Shown here in pieces: positions 40,397 to 50,535 of a DNA stretch of 64,000 nt (position 1 is the first letter of the stretch; each line of letters starts with the position of its first letter). Source of the DNA: Candidatus Eiseniibacteriota bacterium (GTDB lineage: Bacteria > Eisenbacteria > RBG-16-71-46). The position numbers were made by a program, and so were the translations under genes. Location: NCBI GenBank assembly GCA_031370785.1, contig JANMQY010000092.1, forward strand, positions 8,115 to 72,114. The letters run 5' to 3'. A model generated the notes under the pieces. That model made no database searches and was not told the DNA's origin. It saw only the letters and a program-made list of their open reading frames with translations.

Positions 40397-41280
40397 AGCG
40401 CACCGCTGCGGCGATCTTCGCTCTGCTCCTCGCTCTCGCTCCATTCTCCGCGCATGCGGTCGTTCCGGGCACACGCTACGCCGAGATGCCGGACCGGTAC
40501 GGACTCCAGTACGACCCGGTTGAGATCCCGACTCCCGACAAGGCGACGGTGTTCGGCTGGTGGTTTGCCGGCCGAGCGAAATCGCCGGTACTGGTGCTGG
40601 CTCCGGGCAGCACCGGCACCATGGCGTCGCTGCTGCCGGTGGCGCGCGAGTTCCACGATCGCGGCTTCTCGGTGCTCACCTTCGACTATCGCGATTTCGG
40701 CCCCAACGGCGCGGGCCCGCAGGACAGCCTGCATTACGTGGTGCGCTCCTCGCGCTGGATCACGGACATGCAGGGTGCGCTGCGTTTCGCGCGCGCCAGG
40801 TCCGACAGCGCCGCGGTGTTCGCGTGGGGCGGTCCCGACCTGGCGAGCGTGGTCGCGCTCGGTGCCGCGGCGCGCGAGCGATCGCTGTGCGAAGGGCTGG
40901 TGATGGAGGGCGTGTACGCCAGCGCCGATGACGAGATGCGCGCCAACGGCACCGCAGTGATTCCCGAAGCAGTGCAGCAACAGGCACCTCAGATGCTTCC
41001 GCGCGACGAGCCGAGGGCGGCGGGGGTCGCATGCCGGACTCCGATCCTGCTCGTAGGTGGCTCGCGCGACACGCTGACGCCACCGGCCGCGACCGCGCTC
41101 CTCATCGCGCGCGGACGGGCGCGACTGGATCGATTCATCATCCCCGGTGCCGGGCACGAGAATCTTGCCGCGACTCCCGGATACTTCGATCGGGTGTGTG
41201 AGTGGGTGCTGCACATGGGACAGTTCGTGGGCGAGAACCTCGGGCGCTCGCGGCCGGATTCCACGCGGTCGAGGCGGTAA
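40393..41280 (+). CDS. Secreted alpha/beta-hydrolase-fold protein with an atypical nucleophile elbow
   Basis: Signal peptide; GWWF, FDYRDFG, GSRDTLTP, PGAGH; ATGA overlap. Confidence 0.8.
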   Translation: MKRTAAAIFALLLALAPFSAHAVVPGTRYAEMPDRYGLQYDPVEIPTPDKATVFGWWFAGRAKSPVLVLAPGSTGTMASLLPVAREFHDRGFSVLTFDYRDFGPNGAGPQDSLHYVVRSSRWITDMQGALRFARARSDSAAVFAWGGPDLASVVALGAAARERSLCEGLVMEGVYASADDEMRANGTAVIPEAVQQQAPQMLPRDEPRAAGVACRTPILLVGGSRDTLTPPAATALLIARGRARLDRFIIPGAGHENLAATPGYFDRVCEWVLHMGQFVGENLGRSRPDSTRSRR

Positions 41281-41334
41281 GCGAAACGGGGCGACGCATG
41301 GCGCGCCGCCCCGTCCTCCCGCGTTGCGCAGCTC

Positions 41335-42678
41335 CTAGCGATCTTCCCCGCTTCGCCACGGGAACATCGTCCAGCCCGCCTTGCCCTCTTCGTATTGGAT
41401 CTGCGGCAGGACGCGGCCTTCGAGACGGCTCGGCAGCATCTTCGACGAGTTGTTCGAGGCGACCGAAGCCAGGTTCACGTGCTGGATCTTTGCGCCGAAC
41501 TTCGTGTTGACCGCGTCGATCAGCGCGTTGCACAGAATGCCGTGAGCGATGTCGGTCGGATGCACGCCGTCCAGGCTGAATAGACCACCGGTGACGAAAT
41601 CGCTCGTGTAGAGCTGTCCCTGGTAGGTAAAGCCGGTGGTTGCCGCCTGCCGCAGAAGCGCGTTCAGATCGAGCAGCGCGCCGCCGCGTGCGGTCGCAAG
41701 GCTGGCGATCGTCACGTTGTACGCGTTGACCGTGGCCTGGATCGAAGCGGCCTCGCTGGTCGAGAGCACCACCGAATTCGGCAGCGCCACACCTGTACCC
41801 GGCGCGCCGGTCAGGTAGGAGAAAGTGCCGACTGGGAAGCCGTCCCCATTGGCCAGTGACGGCGCTGCGGTGAGCAACACGTGGTCGAGCGGTGAGAGCG
41901 GGGCCGGGGAGCCGCTCTCGCTCCCGATCAGCGGGATCAGCGGGAGCACCGGGTTGCCGGTCGCATCGAGCACCACTGCGGGGAACGTGGTGACAAAGGG
42001 AATGCTGGTCACGTCCGGCACGTTCACCAGCGCGAACTTTGCGTTTGGAGCTGCGACCGCGATCTTGTCCAGCAGCGCGGTCAGATCAGTAGCGAACGTA
42101 GCCGGCGGCGACAGCGAAGTGCCTGAACCGTTCGTCGCCGGGCCCAACACCTCATTCGCGCCGTATTCGATGGTGAGGAACGTCGGCGAGAGCGAGAGCG
42201 CCTGATCGGAGACCGGTGTCGAACCCCGTGCGATGAGCGGGAAGGCGCCAGAACCGTAGTTAGCCGCGCTGCTCGCATCGGTCAGAAGCGCGCCCGGTAC
42301 GGCCATGTTGTGGTAGGGGGTAGGCTGGGTCGCGTTGGTTGGCGAGCCGGCCACACGCCCGTTTCTGTTGATGACCAGCGGGCTCAGAGAGACCAACCGC
42401 AGCAGGGGGGGCAACCCGTCCGCGCTCACGCTCGGAATGGTAAACGGAGTTCCGACCTGCTGCGCGAACAGGTAGACGAACGATTTCTGCTGATGATGGA
42501 CCACCAGGCCGCCCGATTGGTAGCCGGCGGAGATGCTGGTTCCGAGTGCGGCATAGGTCGAGAAATCCGCGCTGCCCGATTGCAGGGCCGGCGCGTTGAT
42601 CGCCTTGAGCTTGCCGCAGCCCGCGAGCGCGAGCGCGGCATACCCAAGCGCGAGTAGAGTTCGAACGGATGTTTTCAT
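41335..42678 (-). CDS. SGNH/GDSL-family lipolytic lipoprotein
   Basis: Lipobox LAGC; ALGTSISAG (block I), NMAVPG, GANE, DGVHP. Confidence 0.88.
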   Translation of the reverse strand: MKTSVRTLLALGYAALALAGCGKLKAINAPALQSGSADFSTYAALGTSISAGYQSGGLVVHHQQKSFVYLFAQQVGTPFTIPSVSADGLPPLLRLVSLSPLVINRNGRVAGSPTNATQPTPYHNMAVPGALLTDASSAANYGSGAFPLIARGSTPVSDQALSLSPTFLTIEYGANEVLGPATNGSGTSLSPPATFATDLTALLDKIAVAAPNAKFALVNVPDVTSIPFVTTFPAVVLDATGNPVLPLIPLIGSESGSPAPLSPLDHVLLTAAPSLANGDGFPVGTFSYLTGAPGTGVALPNSVVLSTSEAASIQATVNAYNVTIASLATARGGALLDLNALLRQAATTGFTYQGQLYTSDFVTGGLFSLDGVHPTDIAHGILCNALIDAVNTKFGAKIQHVNLASVASNNSSKMLPSRLEGRVLPQIQYEEGKAGWTMFPWRSGEDR

Positions 42679-42703
42679 GGCGTGCATTCTCCTCTGGCGC
42701 CCG

Positions 42704-43999
42704 TTACCAGCGCAGTTCGGCGGTGACGCCGATCGAATTGATGAAGGTCTTGTACTCGCCGTCGTATCCGTCGCGGTTGATGCCTTCGGTGCTGCGCTTG
42801 TTCACGAACAGCGCGAGGTCGTAGGCGTCCAGCGCCCACTGCTTGTTCGCGCCGAAGCGCATTCCCAGGCCCAGCGTCGCGCCGTGGCGGTCCGCATCGG
42901 GCAGCAATGGAGAAACCGACTCGGGCGGCGCGGCGCCCTGATCGAAGTAGTAGCCGAACCGGTACGTGAACGCAGTCAGCCGGTGTTCGGCGCCGACCCG
43001 CACCTGCACGGTGTTGTCGTAGTTTTCCTCGATGGTCTGATTCGCGGACGGCGTGGTCTTGAAGTAGAGCGGAAGGTCGCTGAACAGCTTCCACTCGACG
43101 TAGTTCACATCGGCCTCGACCGTCCAGTCCGTCGCCGGCAGGAACGCGATCCCGGCCGACCACGTGGCCGGGAAGCGCAGCACCGTGCTCACGTTCTGAT
43201 CCGGCGGAAGGCTCGCGGCCACCGCGGCGTCGAATCCGGCATTGCCGGTCAGGATCTGCGTGAAGTCCGCGTGCCCGTCTTCGTGCACCACCACCTTGCT
43301 GCGATAGGCCGCACCCAACTTCCACTGCGTGCCGGGCACGAACGAGAGTGCGGCATTCCAGCCATAGCCGGGCGTCCGGTCTCCCTCGAGATCGGCCTTC
43401 GCCACATCTGTCACCGCCCCGCCGCCGCCCGGCACCACCGCCTGGACGCGGTTGTGCAGCTCGACGTTCGCGAGCAGCACGTTGCCGCCCGCGGCCACGC
43501 TCCACTGGGGGTTCAGCTCGTAGGCGAGCGAGAGCGTGGAGTTGATGGTGGTGAGCTTGGCCTTGGTCACGATGTAGCGGCCGGTGTAAGTGTCCGGATT
43601 CTTCCAGTCCACCCCGAGCCCGTATGTGGTGTTGACTCCGAACCCGACCGCCCATTTCGACGCCGTGCGGTGGGTGAGATAGAAGGTGGGCAGGGGGAAG
43701 TGCTGCGAGTTCATCTCCTCGGTGACGCCGTAGCCCGGGTAGGCCGGCATTCCGGCGAAGCTCACGGCCGGAGACAGGATGCTGCTCCCGATGTAGAAGC
43801 GCGTGCGATCCACTCGCGTCAGCGCGGCGGGATTGAAGAACAGCGCCGAGGCATCATTCACCGATGCGGTGCCCGCCCCGGCCATGCCGAGCACGGCAGA
43901 ACCCTGCTCGTAGATCTGATAGCCGGCGGCATGCGCCGGATCGGGAGCCGCGATCGCGCACAGCAGCGCGGCTCCGAGCATGAGACGGACCGGTTTCAT
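42704..43999 (-). CDS. fadL: FadL/OmpP1-family outer-membrane long-chain fatty acid transporter
   Basis: AGYQIYEQ, DASALFFNPA, YGLG, LPDADRH; C-terminal W. Confidence 0.9.
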   Translation of the reverse strand: MKPVRLMLGAALLCAIAAPDPAHAAGYQIYEQGSAVLGMAGAGTASVNDASALFFNPAALTRVDRTRFYIGSSILSPAVSFAGMPAYPGYGVTEEMNSQHFPLPTFYLTHRTASKWAVGFGVNTTYGLGVDWKNPDTYTGRYIVTKAKLTTINSTLSLAYELNPQWSVAAGGNVLLANVELHNRVQAVVPGGGGAVTDVAKADLEGDRTPGYGWNAALSFVPGTQWKLGAAYRSKVVVHEDGHADFTQILTGNAGFDAAVAASLPPDQNVSTVLRFPATWSAGIAFLPATDWTVEADVNYVEWKLFSDLPLYFKTTPSANQTIEENYDNTVQVRVGAEHRLTAFTYRFGYYFDQGAAPPESVSPLLPDADRHGATLGLGMRFGANKQWALDAYDLALFVNKRSTEGINRDGYDGEYKTFINSIGVTAELRW

Positions 44000-44037
44000 G
44001 ATGCTTCTCCTTAGGGGTGGGGAGGGTCCCGGCGACG

Positions 44038-45858
44038 CTAGGCTCTGCCGTAGTTCGTCGGGTGGGCGGGAGCGTGGGCATATAGCTTCGAGATGACGTC
44101 GGCGAATCGCTCCGCGACCACCCGCCGGCGGACCTTGAATGTGGGCGTCAGCTCGCCGGCGTCCTGACTCAGGTCGCGGCCGAGCAGCGCGAAATACTTG
44201 ATCTGCTCGAACGGAGCGAGATCGACGTTGAGCGAATCCACGATCTGCTGATAGAGCGCATTGACCTCGGGAAGGCCGAGCAGCTCCTCGTGGGTCGTGA
44301 ACTTCCATCCGTGGGTGCGCGCCTCGGCCTCGAGGGTCGCGAAGTTGGGCACCAGCAGGCACACGACGTAGGGCCGCTGGTCGCCGAGCAGCACCGCCTC
44401 GGTCACGAACTTGCTCTGCTTGAGCCTGGCCTCGAGCGGCTGCGGCGCGATCTTCTTACCGCCCGCAGTCACCAGCAGATCCTTGATCCGGTCGGTGATG
44501 ACCAGCATGCCGTCGGAATCGAGGTAGCCGACATCCCCGGTGTGGAACCATCCATCGCGGATCGCCTGGTGAGTGGCCTCCTCGTTCTTGAAATACCCGA
44601 GCATGACGTGCGGGCCACGCGTCAGGATCTCGCCGTCCGCGCCGATGCGCACTTCCACTCCGGGGATGGGTGGTCCGACCGAGCCGGGCTTCTCGTTTCC
44701 GCGCCGGTTGAGACAGATCACCGGCGAGGTCTCGGTCAGGCCGTAGCCTTCGACGATCGGGATGCCGACCGCGAAGAAGAACTCGAGCAGCTTGCCCGAA
44801 AGCGGCGCGCCGCCCGAGACGCAGTAGCGCAGCCGGCCGCCGACCCGCGCACGGATCTTGGCGCCGACCAGCCGGTCGGCGATCCGGGCTTGGAATGCGG
44901 CGAGCGGGCCGAGCTTGCGGTGCGCGAAGTAGGCGCGGGCCTTCACCTGACCCGCATGCAGGCCCCAGAAGAAGATGTTGCGCCGGATCGGGGGCTGCGA
45001 GAGCGCGTTCTCCATCACCCGGGCATATACCTTCTCGTAGAAGCGCGGCACACCGGTCATGACGGTCGGGCGCACTTCGACCGCGTTGGCCGCCACCGTG
45101 TCGATGCTCTCGGCATAGGCGATGGTGACGCCCGCGCCGAGCATGGCGTAGAGCCCGGCCATGCGCTCGAGGATGTGACACAGCGGCAGGAACGAGAGGC
45201 TGGTGTCTTCAGCTCCGAGCCCGATCGTCTCCAGGCACGCGGCGACGTTCGAGGTCACGTTGCCGTGAGAGAGCATCGCCCCCTTGGGCTCTCCGGTGGT
45301 GCCCGAGGTGTAGATGATGGTGGCGAGATCCCCGCTCTTCACCTGCTGCGCCGACTGGCGGAAGGCCTGCGGTTCGCGCGCCAGGCGCTCCGCGCCGCGC
45401 CGCATGATCGCATCCAGCGGCCGGTCCTTGGGGTGGCTCTCCGCAACCGGGTCCATGTGCACCAGCGCGGCAAGCCGGGGAAGCGTGTCGACGATGGCGT
45501 GAAGCTTGGCGAGCTGCGCCGGCGTCGAAGCGATCACCACCTTCGCTTCGGAATTCTCGAGGATGTAGCGGCACTGCTGTGCGGTGAGCGTCGGATAGAT
45601 CGGCACCGAGACCGCGCCGAGCCCGAGGATCGCCAGATCGCACACCGGCCACTCGTAGCGGTTCTCCGAGAGGATTGCGACGTGATCGCCGCGCTGCACT
45701 CCCAGGTCGCTGAGCCCGAGCGCCAGGCGCTCGACGTCGGCGAGCGCTCGCTCGGCGGAGATGGACTCCCAGCGGCCGGACACCTTGCGCATGAACAGCG
45801 AGGGCTTGCGATGGCGCGCGACGGTTTCGAGAAAGATGCCGATCAGCGTTTGCGTCAT
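44038..45858 (-). CDS. fadD: Long-chain fatty acid-CoA ligase
   Basis: YTSGTTGEPKG, FLPLCHILER, EGYGLTET, GWFHTGD, ELTPTFKVRR. Confidence 0.93.
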   Translation of the reverse strand: MTQTLIGIFLETVARHRKPSLFMRKVSGRWESISAERALADVERLALGLSDLGVQRGDHVAILSENRYEWPVCDLAILGLGAVSVPIYPTLTAQQCRYILENSEAKVVIASTPAQLAKLHAIVDTLPRLAALVHMDPVAESHPKDRPLDAIMRRGAERLAREPQAFRQSAQQVKSGDLATIIYTSGTTGEPKGAMLSHGNVTSNVAACLETIGLGAEDTSLSFLPLCHILERMAGLYAMLGAGVTIAYAESIDTVAANAVEVRPTVMTGVPRFYEKVYARVMENALSQPPIRRNIFFWGLHAGQVKARAYFAHRKLGPLAAFQARIADRLVGAKIRARVGGRLRYCVSGGAPLSGKLLEFFFAVGIPIVEGYGLTETSPVICLNRRGNEKPGSVGPPIPGVEVRIGADGEILTRGPHVMLGYFKNEEATHQAIRDGWFHTGDVGYLDSDGMLVITDRIKDLLVTAGGKKIAPQPLEARLKQSKFVTEAVLLGDQRPYVVCLLVPNFATLEAEARTHGWKFTTHEELLGLPEVNALYQQIVDSLNVDLAPFEQIKYFALLGRDLSQDAGELTPTFKVRRRVVAERFADVISKLYAHAPAHPTNYGRA

Positions 45859-46064
45859 GCGTCCCTCCGGTTCGGGCCGCCTTCCTGGTGGCGGCACGGC
45901 GCGGGAAGGCATAGCACCCGCGGAACACACCCTCAAGCGCGAAAAGGCCGCCGCAACACGCTACCCGGTGCGCCCGGTGCGGCCGTTGACAAGTGGAACG
46001 GCGGTGAAGGACAGTCCGCGGGCTGTGGGGCGCATGAGGCGCCCGGCAACGGAGGCGTCATGCC

Positions 46065-46874
46065 ATGGCACGTCTGAACGGATTCCACGCCACTACGCGA
46101 CTCGCACTGCCTGCCCTGCTCGCGATGCTCGCGCTGCTCTGGGCCCCGCCCCGCATCGCGGTAGCGTCGGGTGCCGCCGAGGCCGTCACGCGCGGCGATG
46201 AGCTTTACGCCAGAGGGCGCCTCGCCGATGCGTACGCGCAGTACGCGGTCGCGCTCCAGGCGAACCCTTCCGACTTTCACGCGCTGTGCCGGATGTCCCG
46301 CGCCGAGTCCGAGCTGGGCGAAGACGCCAGCGGCGAGGAACGCCGCCGTCTGATCGCCGCGGCGGTCGAGCATGCGCGCGCGGCGGTGCGCATCGCGCCC
46401 GACAGTGCGCAGGGCCACGTGTGGCTGGCGGTCGCGCTCGGGCGCCAGGCGCTCAAGGAAGGACCGAAGGGCAAGCTCGCGCTGGCGCGCGAGATCAAGT
46501 CCGAGGCCGATCGTGCGCTTGCGCTCGACCCGAACAACGCGCGCGCCTACCACGTGCGCGCGGTGTGGAACCGTGAAGTGGCGGGCCTCAACTTCTTCGA
46601 ACGGGCCGCGGCCAACACCGTGCTGGGCGGAGTGCCGGCCGGAGCCTCGATGGACAACGCGGTCCGCGACCTCGAGAAGGCGATCTCGCTCGAGCCCGAC
46701 TACGTAAATCACCACCTCGAGCTGGGACGCACGTTCCGCATGCTCAAGCGCTGGGGCGACGCGCGGCGCGAGCTGGAAAAGGCGATCGCGCTGCCGCCCA
46801 CCAGCAATTCGCGCGATCCGAAATTCCAGGACGAAGCGCGCGAGCTGCTCTCGCGCCTGCCGAAGAAGGGCTGA
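46065..46874 (+). CDS. Secreted TPR protein (RMDN-like)
   Basis: Signal peptide; TPR helices AVRIAPDSAQGHVWLAVALG, ALALDPNN, LNFFERAAA, AISLEPD. Confidence 0.8.
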   Translation: MARLNGFHATTRLALPALLAMLALLWAPPRIAVASGAAEAVTRGDELYARGRLADAYAQYAVALQANPSDFHALCRMSRAESELGEDASGEERRRLIAAAVEHARAAVRIAPDSAQGHVWLAVALGRQALKEGPKGKLALAREIKSEADRALALDPNNARAYHVRAVWNREVAGLNFFERAAANTVLGGVPAGASMDNAVRDLEKAISLEPDYVNHHLELGRTFRMLKRWGDARRELEKAIALPPTSNSRDPKFQDEARELLSRLPKKG

Positions 46875-46885
46875 GCAAAAGCGAC

Positions 46886-48172
46886 ATGGCGAGCGGTTCC
46901 TCCTCCGCCTGGATCCTTGCTGGCGTGCGCACGCCGTTTGCCAAGGCCGGAACCGCATTCGCGCGCACGCCGGTCTACGAGCTGGGCCGGATCGCGCTCG
47001 CCGAGCTGCTCGCGCGCCAGGAGCTGGATCCGGCGCGCCTCGATGAGGTGATCCTCGGCAACTGCGCGCAGCCTGCCGAGGCCGCGAACGTCGCGCGCGT
47101 CACCGCGCTGCGCGCCGGAGTTCCCGAGTCGGTCCCCGGATTCACCGTGCACCGCAATTGCGCCTCGGGCATGGAGTCGGTGGCCGACGCCGCGCTGCGC
47201 GTGCGCGCCGGTGAGGCCAGGCTGGTGCTGGCCGGCGGCATGGAGTCGATGAGCCAGATTCCGCTCCTCTACCCCTACGAATACGGGACATGGCTCGAGA
47301 GCTTCATGCGTGCGAAGACGCCGCTGCAGAAGCTCGGCGCACTGACCCGTTTCCGCGCCGGGATGCTCAAGCCGCGGATCGCGATCATGGAGGCGCTCAC
47401 CGATCCGGTGTGCGGTCTCAACATGGGCCAGACCGCGGAGGTGCTGTCGCGCGAATGGAAGATCACGCGCGAGCAGCAGGACGCCTTCGCGCTGCAGAGC
47501 CACCAGCGCACCATCGCCGCGCGCGAGCGGCTGCGCGACGAGATCGTGCCGGTGTTCGTCGAGCCCGGCTACGCGATGATCGCGGACGATGTCGGGCCGC
47601 GCGAGGGGCAGACGCTCGAGGCGCTCGGGAAGCTGAAGCCGTTCTTCGACCGTCGCAACGGAACGGTCACGGTCGGCAACTCCTGTCCGATCACCGATGG
47701 CGCGGTGGCACTGCTGGTCGGGGACGAGACCGTGGCCGGGTCGTGGCCTACTCCGCCGCTCGGGCGCATCGTCTCGTTCGCGTTCGCGGGGCTCTCGCCG
47801 AAGCGCATGGGGCTCGGGCCGGTCTACGCCATGGCACGCGCGCTCGATCAGGCGGGACTGACGCTCGCCGACATGGGGCTGATCGAGATCAACGAGGCAT
47901 TCGCTGCGCAGGTGCTGGCGTGTCTGGCGGCGGCGAAGAGCGCGGAGTTCGCGCGCACCGCACTCGGGCGCGAGGAGCCGCTGGGCGAGATCCCGATGGA
48001 GAGGCTGAATCCCAACGGCGGCGCGATCGCGCTCGGCCATCCGGTCGGGGCGAGCGGCGCGCGCCTCCTGCTCACCCTGCTGATGGAGATGCGCCGGCGC
48101 GGGCTCAAGCGCGGCATCGCCAGCCTGTGCGTCGGCGGCGGACAGGGCGCGGCGTTCGTGGTGGAGCGATGA
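46886..48172 (+). CDS. Acetyl-CoA C-acyltransferase (thiolase, FadA/FadI)
   Basis: RTPF, RNCASG, NEAFAAQ, GHPVGASG, CVGGGQG. Confidence 0.95.
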   Translation: MASGSSSAWILAGVRTPFAKAGTAFARTPVYELGRIALAELLARQELDPARLDEVILGNCAQPAEAANVARVTALRAGVPESVPGFTVHRNCASGMESVADAALRVRAGEARLVLAGGMESMSQIPLLYPYEYGTWLESFMRAKTPLQKLGALTRFRAGMLKPRIAIMEALTDPVCGLNMGQTAEVLSREWKITREQQDAFALQSHQRTIAARERLRDEIVPVFVEPGYAMIADDVGPREGQTLEALGKLKPFFDRRNGTVTVGNSCPITDGAVALLVGDETVAGSWPTPPLGRIVSFAFAGLSPKRMGLGPVYAMARALDQAGLTLADMGLIEINEAFAAQVLACLAAAKSAEFARTALGREEPLGEIPMERLNPNGGAIALGHPVGASGARLLLTLLMEMRRRGLKRGIASLCVGGGQGAAFVVER

Positions 48173-50346
48173 GCCCGGGCGCCTTCCGCATCGTGTGGCC
48201 GCGGCCCGGGCTCGCGCACCTGGTGATGGACGACCCCGCGCACAAGGTAAACGTGCTCGACGAGCCGGCGCTGCGCGATCTGGAGCGCGCGATCGCCGAG
48301 CTCGAGGGCGCCGCCTCGCTCGAGGGTGTGGTGCTGGCCAGCGGCAAGACCAGCGGATTCATCGCCGGCGCGGACATCGAGGCGATCGGACGCCTGACCG
48401 ATCGCGAGCAGGTGCTGGCGCTGATCCGGCGCGCGCACGCGATCTTCAACCGGCTGGCCGCGCTCAAGGCTCCGACCGTGGCGGCGATCGACGGCGTGTG
48501 CCTCGGAGGAGGGACCGAGCTGGCGCTCGCATGCGACTCGCGAGTGGCTGCCGAGGAGACCGCTCAGATCGGCCTGCCCGAGACCCTGCTCGGCATCTTC
48601 CCCGGATTCGGAGGCACCACCCGCCTGCCGCGGCTGGTCGGCGTGCAGACCGCGCTCGATCTGATCCTGACCGCGCGCACGCTCGATGCGCGGCGCGCCG
48701 AAAAGGTCGGGCTGGTGGCGCGCGCGGTCCCGCAGGCGTGGCTGATGCAGGCCGCCGAGGAAAGGCTGGCCCAGCTGGCCGCCCGCCCGGCGAAGCGGCG
48801 GCGCGACGCGTTTCGTCCGCGGGGCTTCAGGATGTGGCTGCTCGAGGGCAACCCGTTCGGTCGCCAGACGGTGTTCCAGCGCGCGGAGGCCATGACCAGG
48901 GCGCGAACCCAGGGGAAATACCCGGCGCCGGTCGCTGCGATCAAGGTCATGCAGCTCGCGCACGGCCGTCCGATCGGCGAAGCGCTGGAGCTCGAGGCCC
49001 AGTGGGTGAGCGACCTCGTGATCGGGCCGGTGTGCAAGAACCTGGTGCGCATCTTCCGGCTTCAGGAGCGGGCGAAGAAGGATCCGGTCGGCGATCCGAC
49101 CCTCAAGCCCCGTCCGGTGCGTTCGCTGGCGCTGATCGGCGCGGGCCTGATGGGCGGGGGCATCGCGGAGCTGGCCAGCCGTAACGGTGTCGAGGTGCGC
49201 ATCCGTGACGTCCAGCCTGCCTCGCTGACGCACGCGCTCCAGACCGTGAAATCGCTGGTGGATGAGCGCGTGCACAAGCGGCGCGCGACCCGCATCGAGG
49301 CCGCGGCCCAGCTCGCTCGCGTGCTGCCAACCCTGGATCTCACCGGATTCAAGCGCGCCGATTTCGCGATCGAGGCGGTGATCGAAGACGTCGACGTCAA
49401 GCGCCGCGTCTTCGGCGAGCTCGAGGTGAGGGTTTCGCCCGATGCGATCCTCGCCACCAACACCTCGTCGCTTTCGGTCAACGCGCTGGCCGACGGGCTC
49501 GAGCATCCGGAACGCTTCTGCGGATTCCATTTCTTCAATCCGGTGCACCGCATGCCGCTGGTCGAAGTGGTGCGCGCGCGGCAGACCTCGGATGCGACCC
49601 TGGTCAGTGCGGTCGCCTTCGCGCGCCGGTTGGGGAAGACTCCGGTGGTGGTGAACGACTCCCCGGGATTCGTGGTGAATCGTATCCTGATGCCCTACCT
49701 GCGTGAGGCCATGCACCTGCTCGAGGACGGCTATCCGCTCGCCGACATCGATGCCTCGATGAAGCGCTTCGGCATGCCGATGGGCCCGTTCGCGGTGCTG
49801 GATGAAGTCGGGATCGACGTCGCGCACAAGGTGGCCGGCGTGCTGTCCCGCGCATTCCCCGACCGGATGACGCCGTCCGATGCGCTCGAGAAGCTGCTCG
49901 CCGCGAAGCGGCTGGGGAAGAAGAGCGGCGCCGGGTTCTATCGCCATCGCAGGCGCAAGTCGGTCCTTGACCCGAACCTGCGCGCGCTGCTCGGGCTCAA
50001 GCGCGAGCGTCGGGCGCAGAGTCTCGAGCTCCTGAGCGAGCGCATGGTCCTGGCCATGATCAACGAAGCCGCGCGATGTCTGGAGGAGGGCGTGGTCGCG
50101 GACGCGGGGATGCTCGACCTGGCGATGATCTTTGGCGCGGGATTTCCGCCGTTCCGTGGTGGCCTGTTGCGCCATGCCGACACCCTCGGGCTCGCGAGGA
50201 TCGAGGCGCGCCTGACCGCGCTTCGCGCTGAGAAGGGCGAGCGCTTCGCTCCGGCCAGGCTGCTGTCCAAGCTCGCGGCCGAGGGCGGCACATTCACGGG
50301 CGAGGCGGCAGGCGAAGCGCGCGGGAACTCGCGCGGCGAGAGCTGA
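48169..50346 (+). CDS. Fatty-acid oxidation complex alpha subunit (enoyl-CoA hydratase/3-hydroxyacyl-CoA dehydrogenase, FadJ/FadB)
   Basis: FIAGAD, GGGTELALAC, LPE..LG, GAGLMGGG, TNTSSL, HFFNP, GFPPFRGG. Confidence 0.95.
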   Translation: MSPGAFRIVWPRPGLAHLVMDDPAHKVNVLDEPALRDLERAIAELEGAASLEGVVLASGKTSGFIAGADIEAIGRLTDREQVLALIRRAHAIFNRLAALKAPTVAAIDGVCLGGGTELALACDSRVAAEETAQIGLPETLLGIFPGFGGTTRLPRLVGVQTALDLILTARTLDARRAEKVGLVARAVPQAWLMQAAEERLAQLAARPAKRRRDAFRPRGFRMWLLEGNPFGRQTVFQRAEAMTRARTQGKYPAPVAAIKVMQLAHGRPIGEALELEAQWVSDLVIGPVCKNLVRIFRLQERAKKDPVGDPTLKPRPVRSLALIGAGLMGGGIAELASRNGVEVRIRDVQPASLTHALQTVKSLVDERVHKRRATRIEAAAQLARVLPTLDLTGFKRADFAIEAVIEDVDVKRRVFGELEVRVSPDAILATNTSSLSVNALADGLEHPERFCGFHFFNPVHRMPLVEVVRARQTSDATLVSAVAFARRLGKTPVVVNDSPGFVVNRILMPYLREAMHLLEDGYPLADIDASMKRFGMPMGPFAVLDEVGIDVAHKVAGVLSRAFPDRMTPSDALEKLLAAKRLGKKSGAGFYRHRRRKSVLDPNLRALLGLKRERRAQSLELLSERMVLAMINEAARCLEEGVVADAGMLDLAMIFGAGFPPFRGGLLRHADTLGLARIEARLTALRAEKGERFAPARLLSKLAAEGGTFTGEAAGEARGNSRGES

Positions 50347-50394
50347 CACCCGACCTCGCGACGCGGCGCTTTCTCCAGGAGCGACACTCTCACT

Positions 50395-50533
50395 AGAAAT
50401 GCAAGAGCGCCCGGCTGGGAGCCGGGCGCATCTTGCGGCCCTGGAGCTTGCCCTCTCCAGGTCCCCCTGTCTTGGAAGACTCGCGACTGGTTTGAAGGTC
50501 GCACGCCACGCGTTCGCATTCACGTGACGGATA
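50395..50533 (-). ncRNA. Candidate structured small RNA (five hairpins, the last one a terminator)
   Basis: Consecutive stem-loops downstream of an ECF-like promoter; terminal 15-bp stem followed by ATTTCT. Confidence 0.55.
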
Positions 50534-50535
50534 TA

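Noticed and set aside
47290..48168. Long N-terminal extensions of ORF-track calls (fadJ, mqnD, HAD, folP, OmpA, fadL)
   Set aside because: The extensions overlap upstream genes; internal starts with RBS or stop-start overlaps fit better
49938..50519. Minus-strand 193-aa ORF starting inside the candidate sRNA
   Set aside because: No RBS, runs through the terminator and antisense to fadJ, and has low-complexity composition
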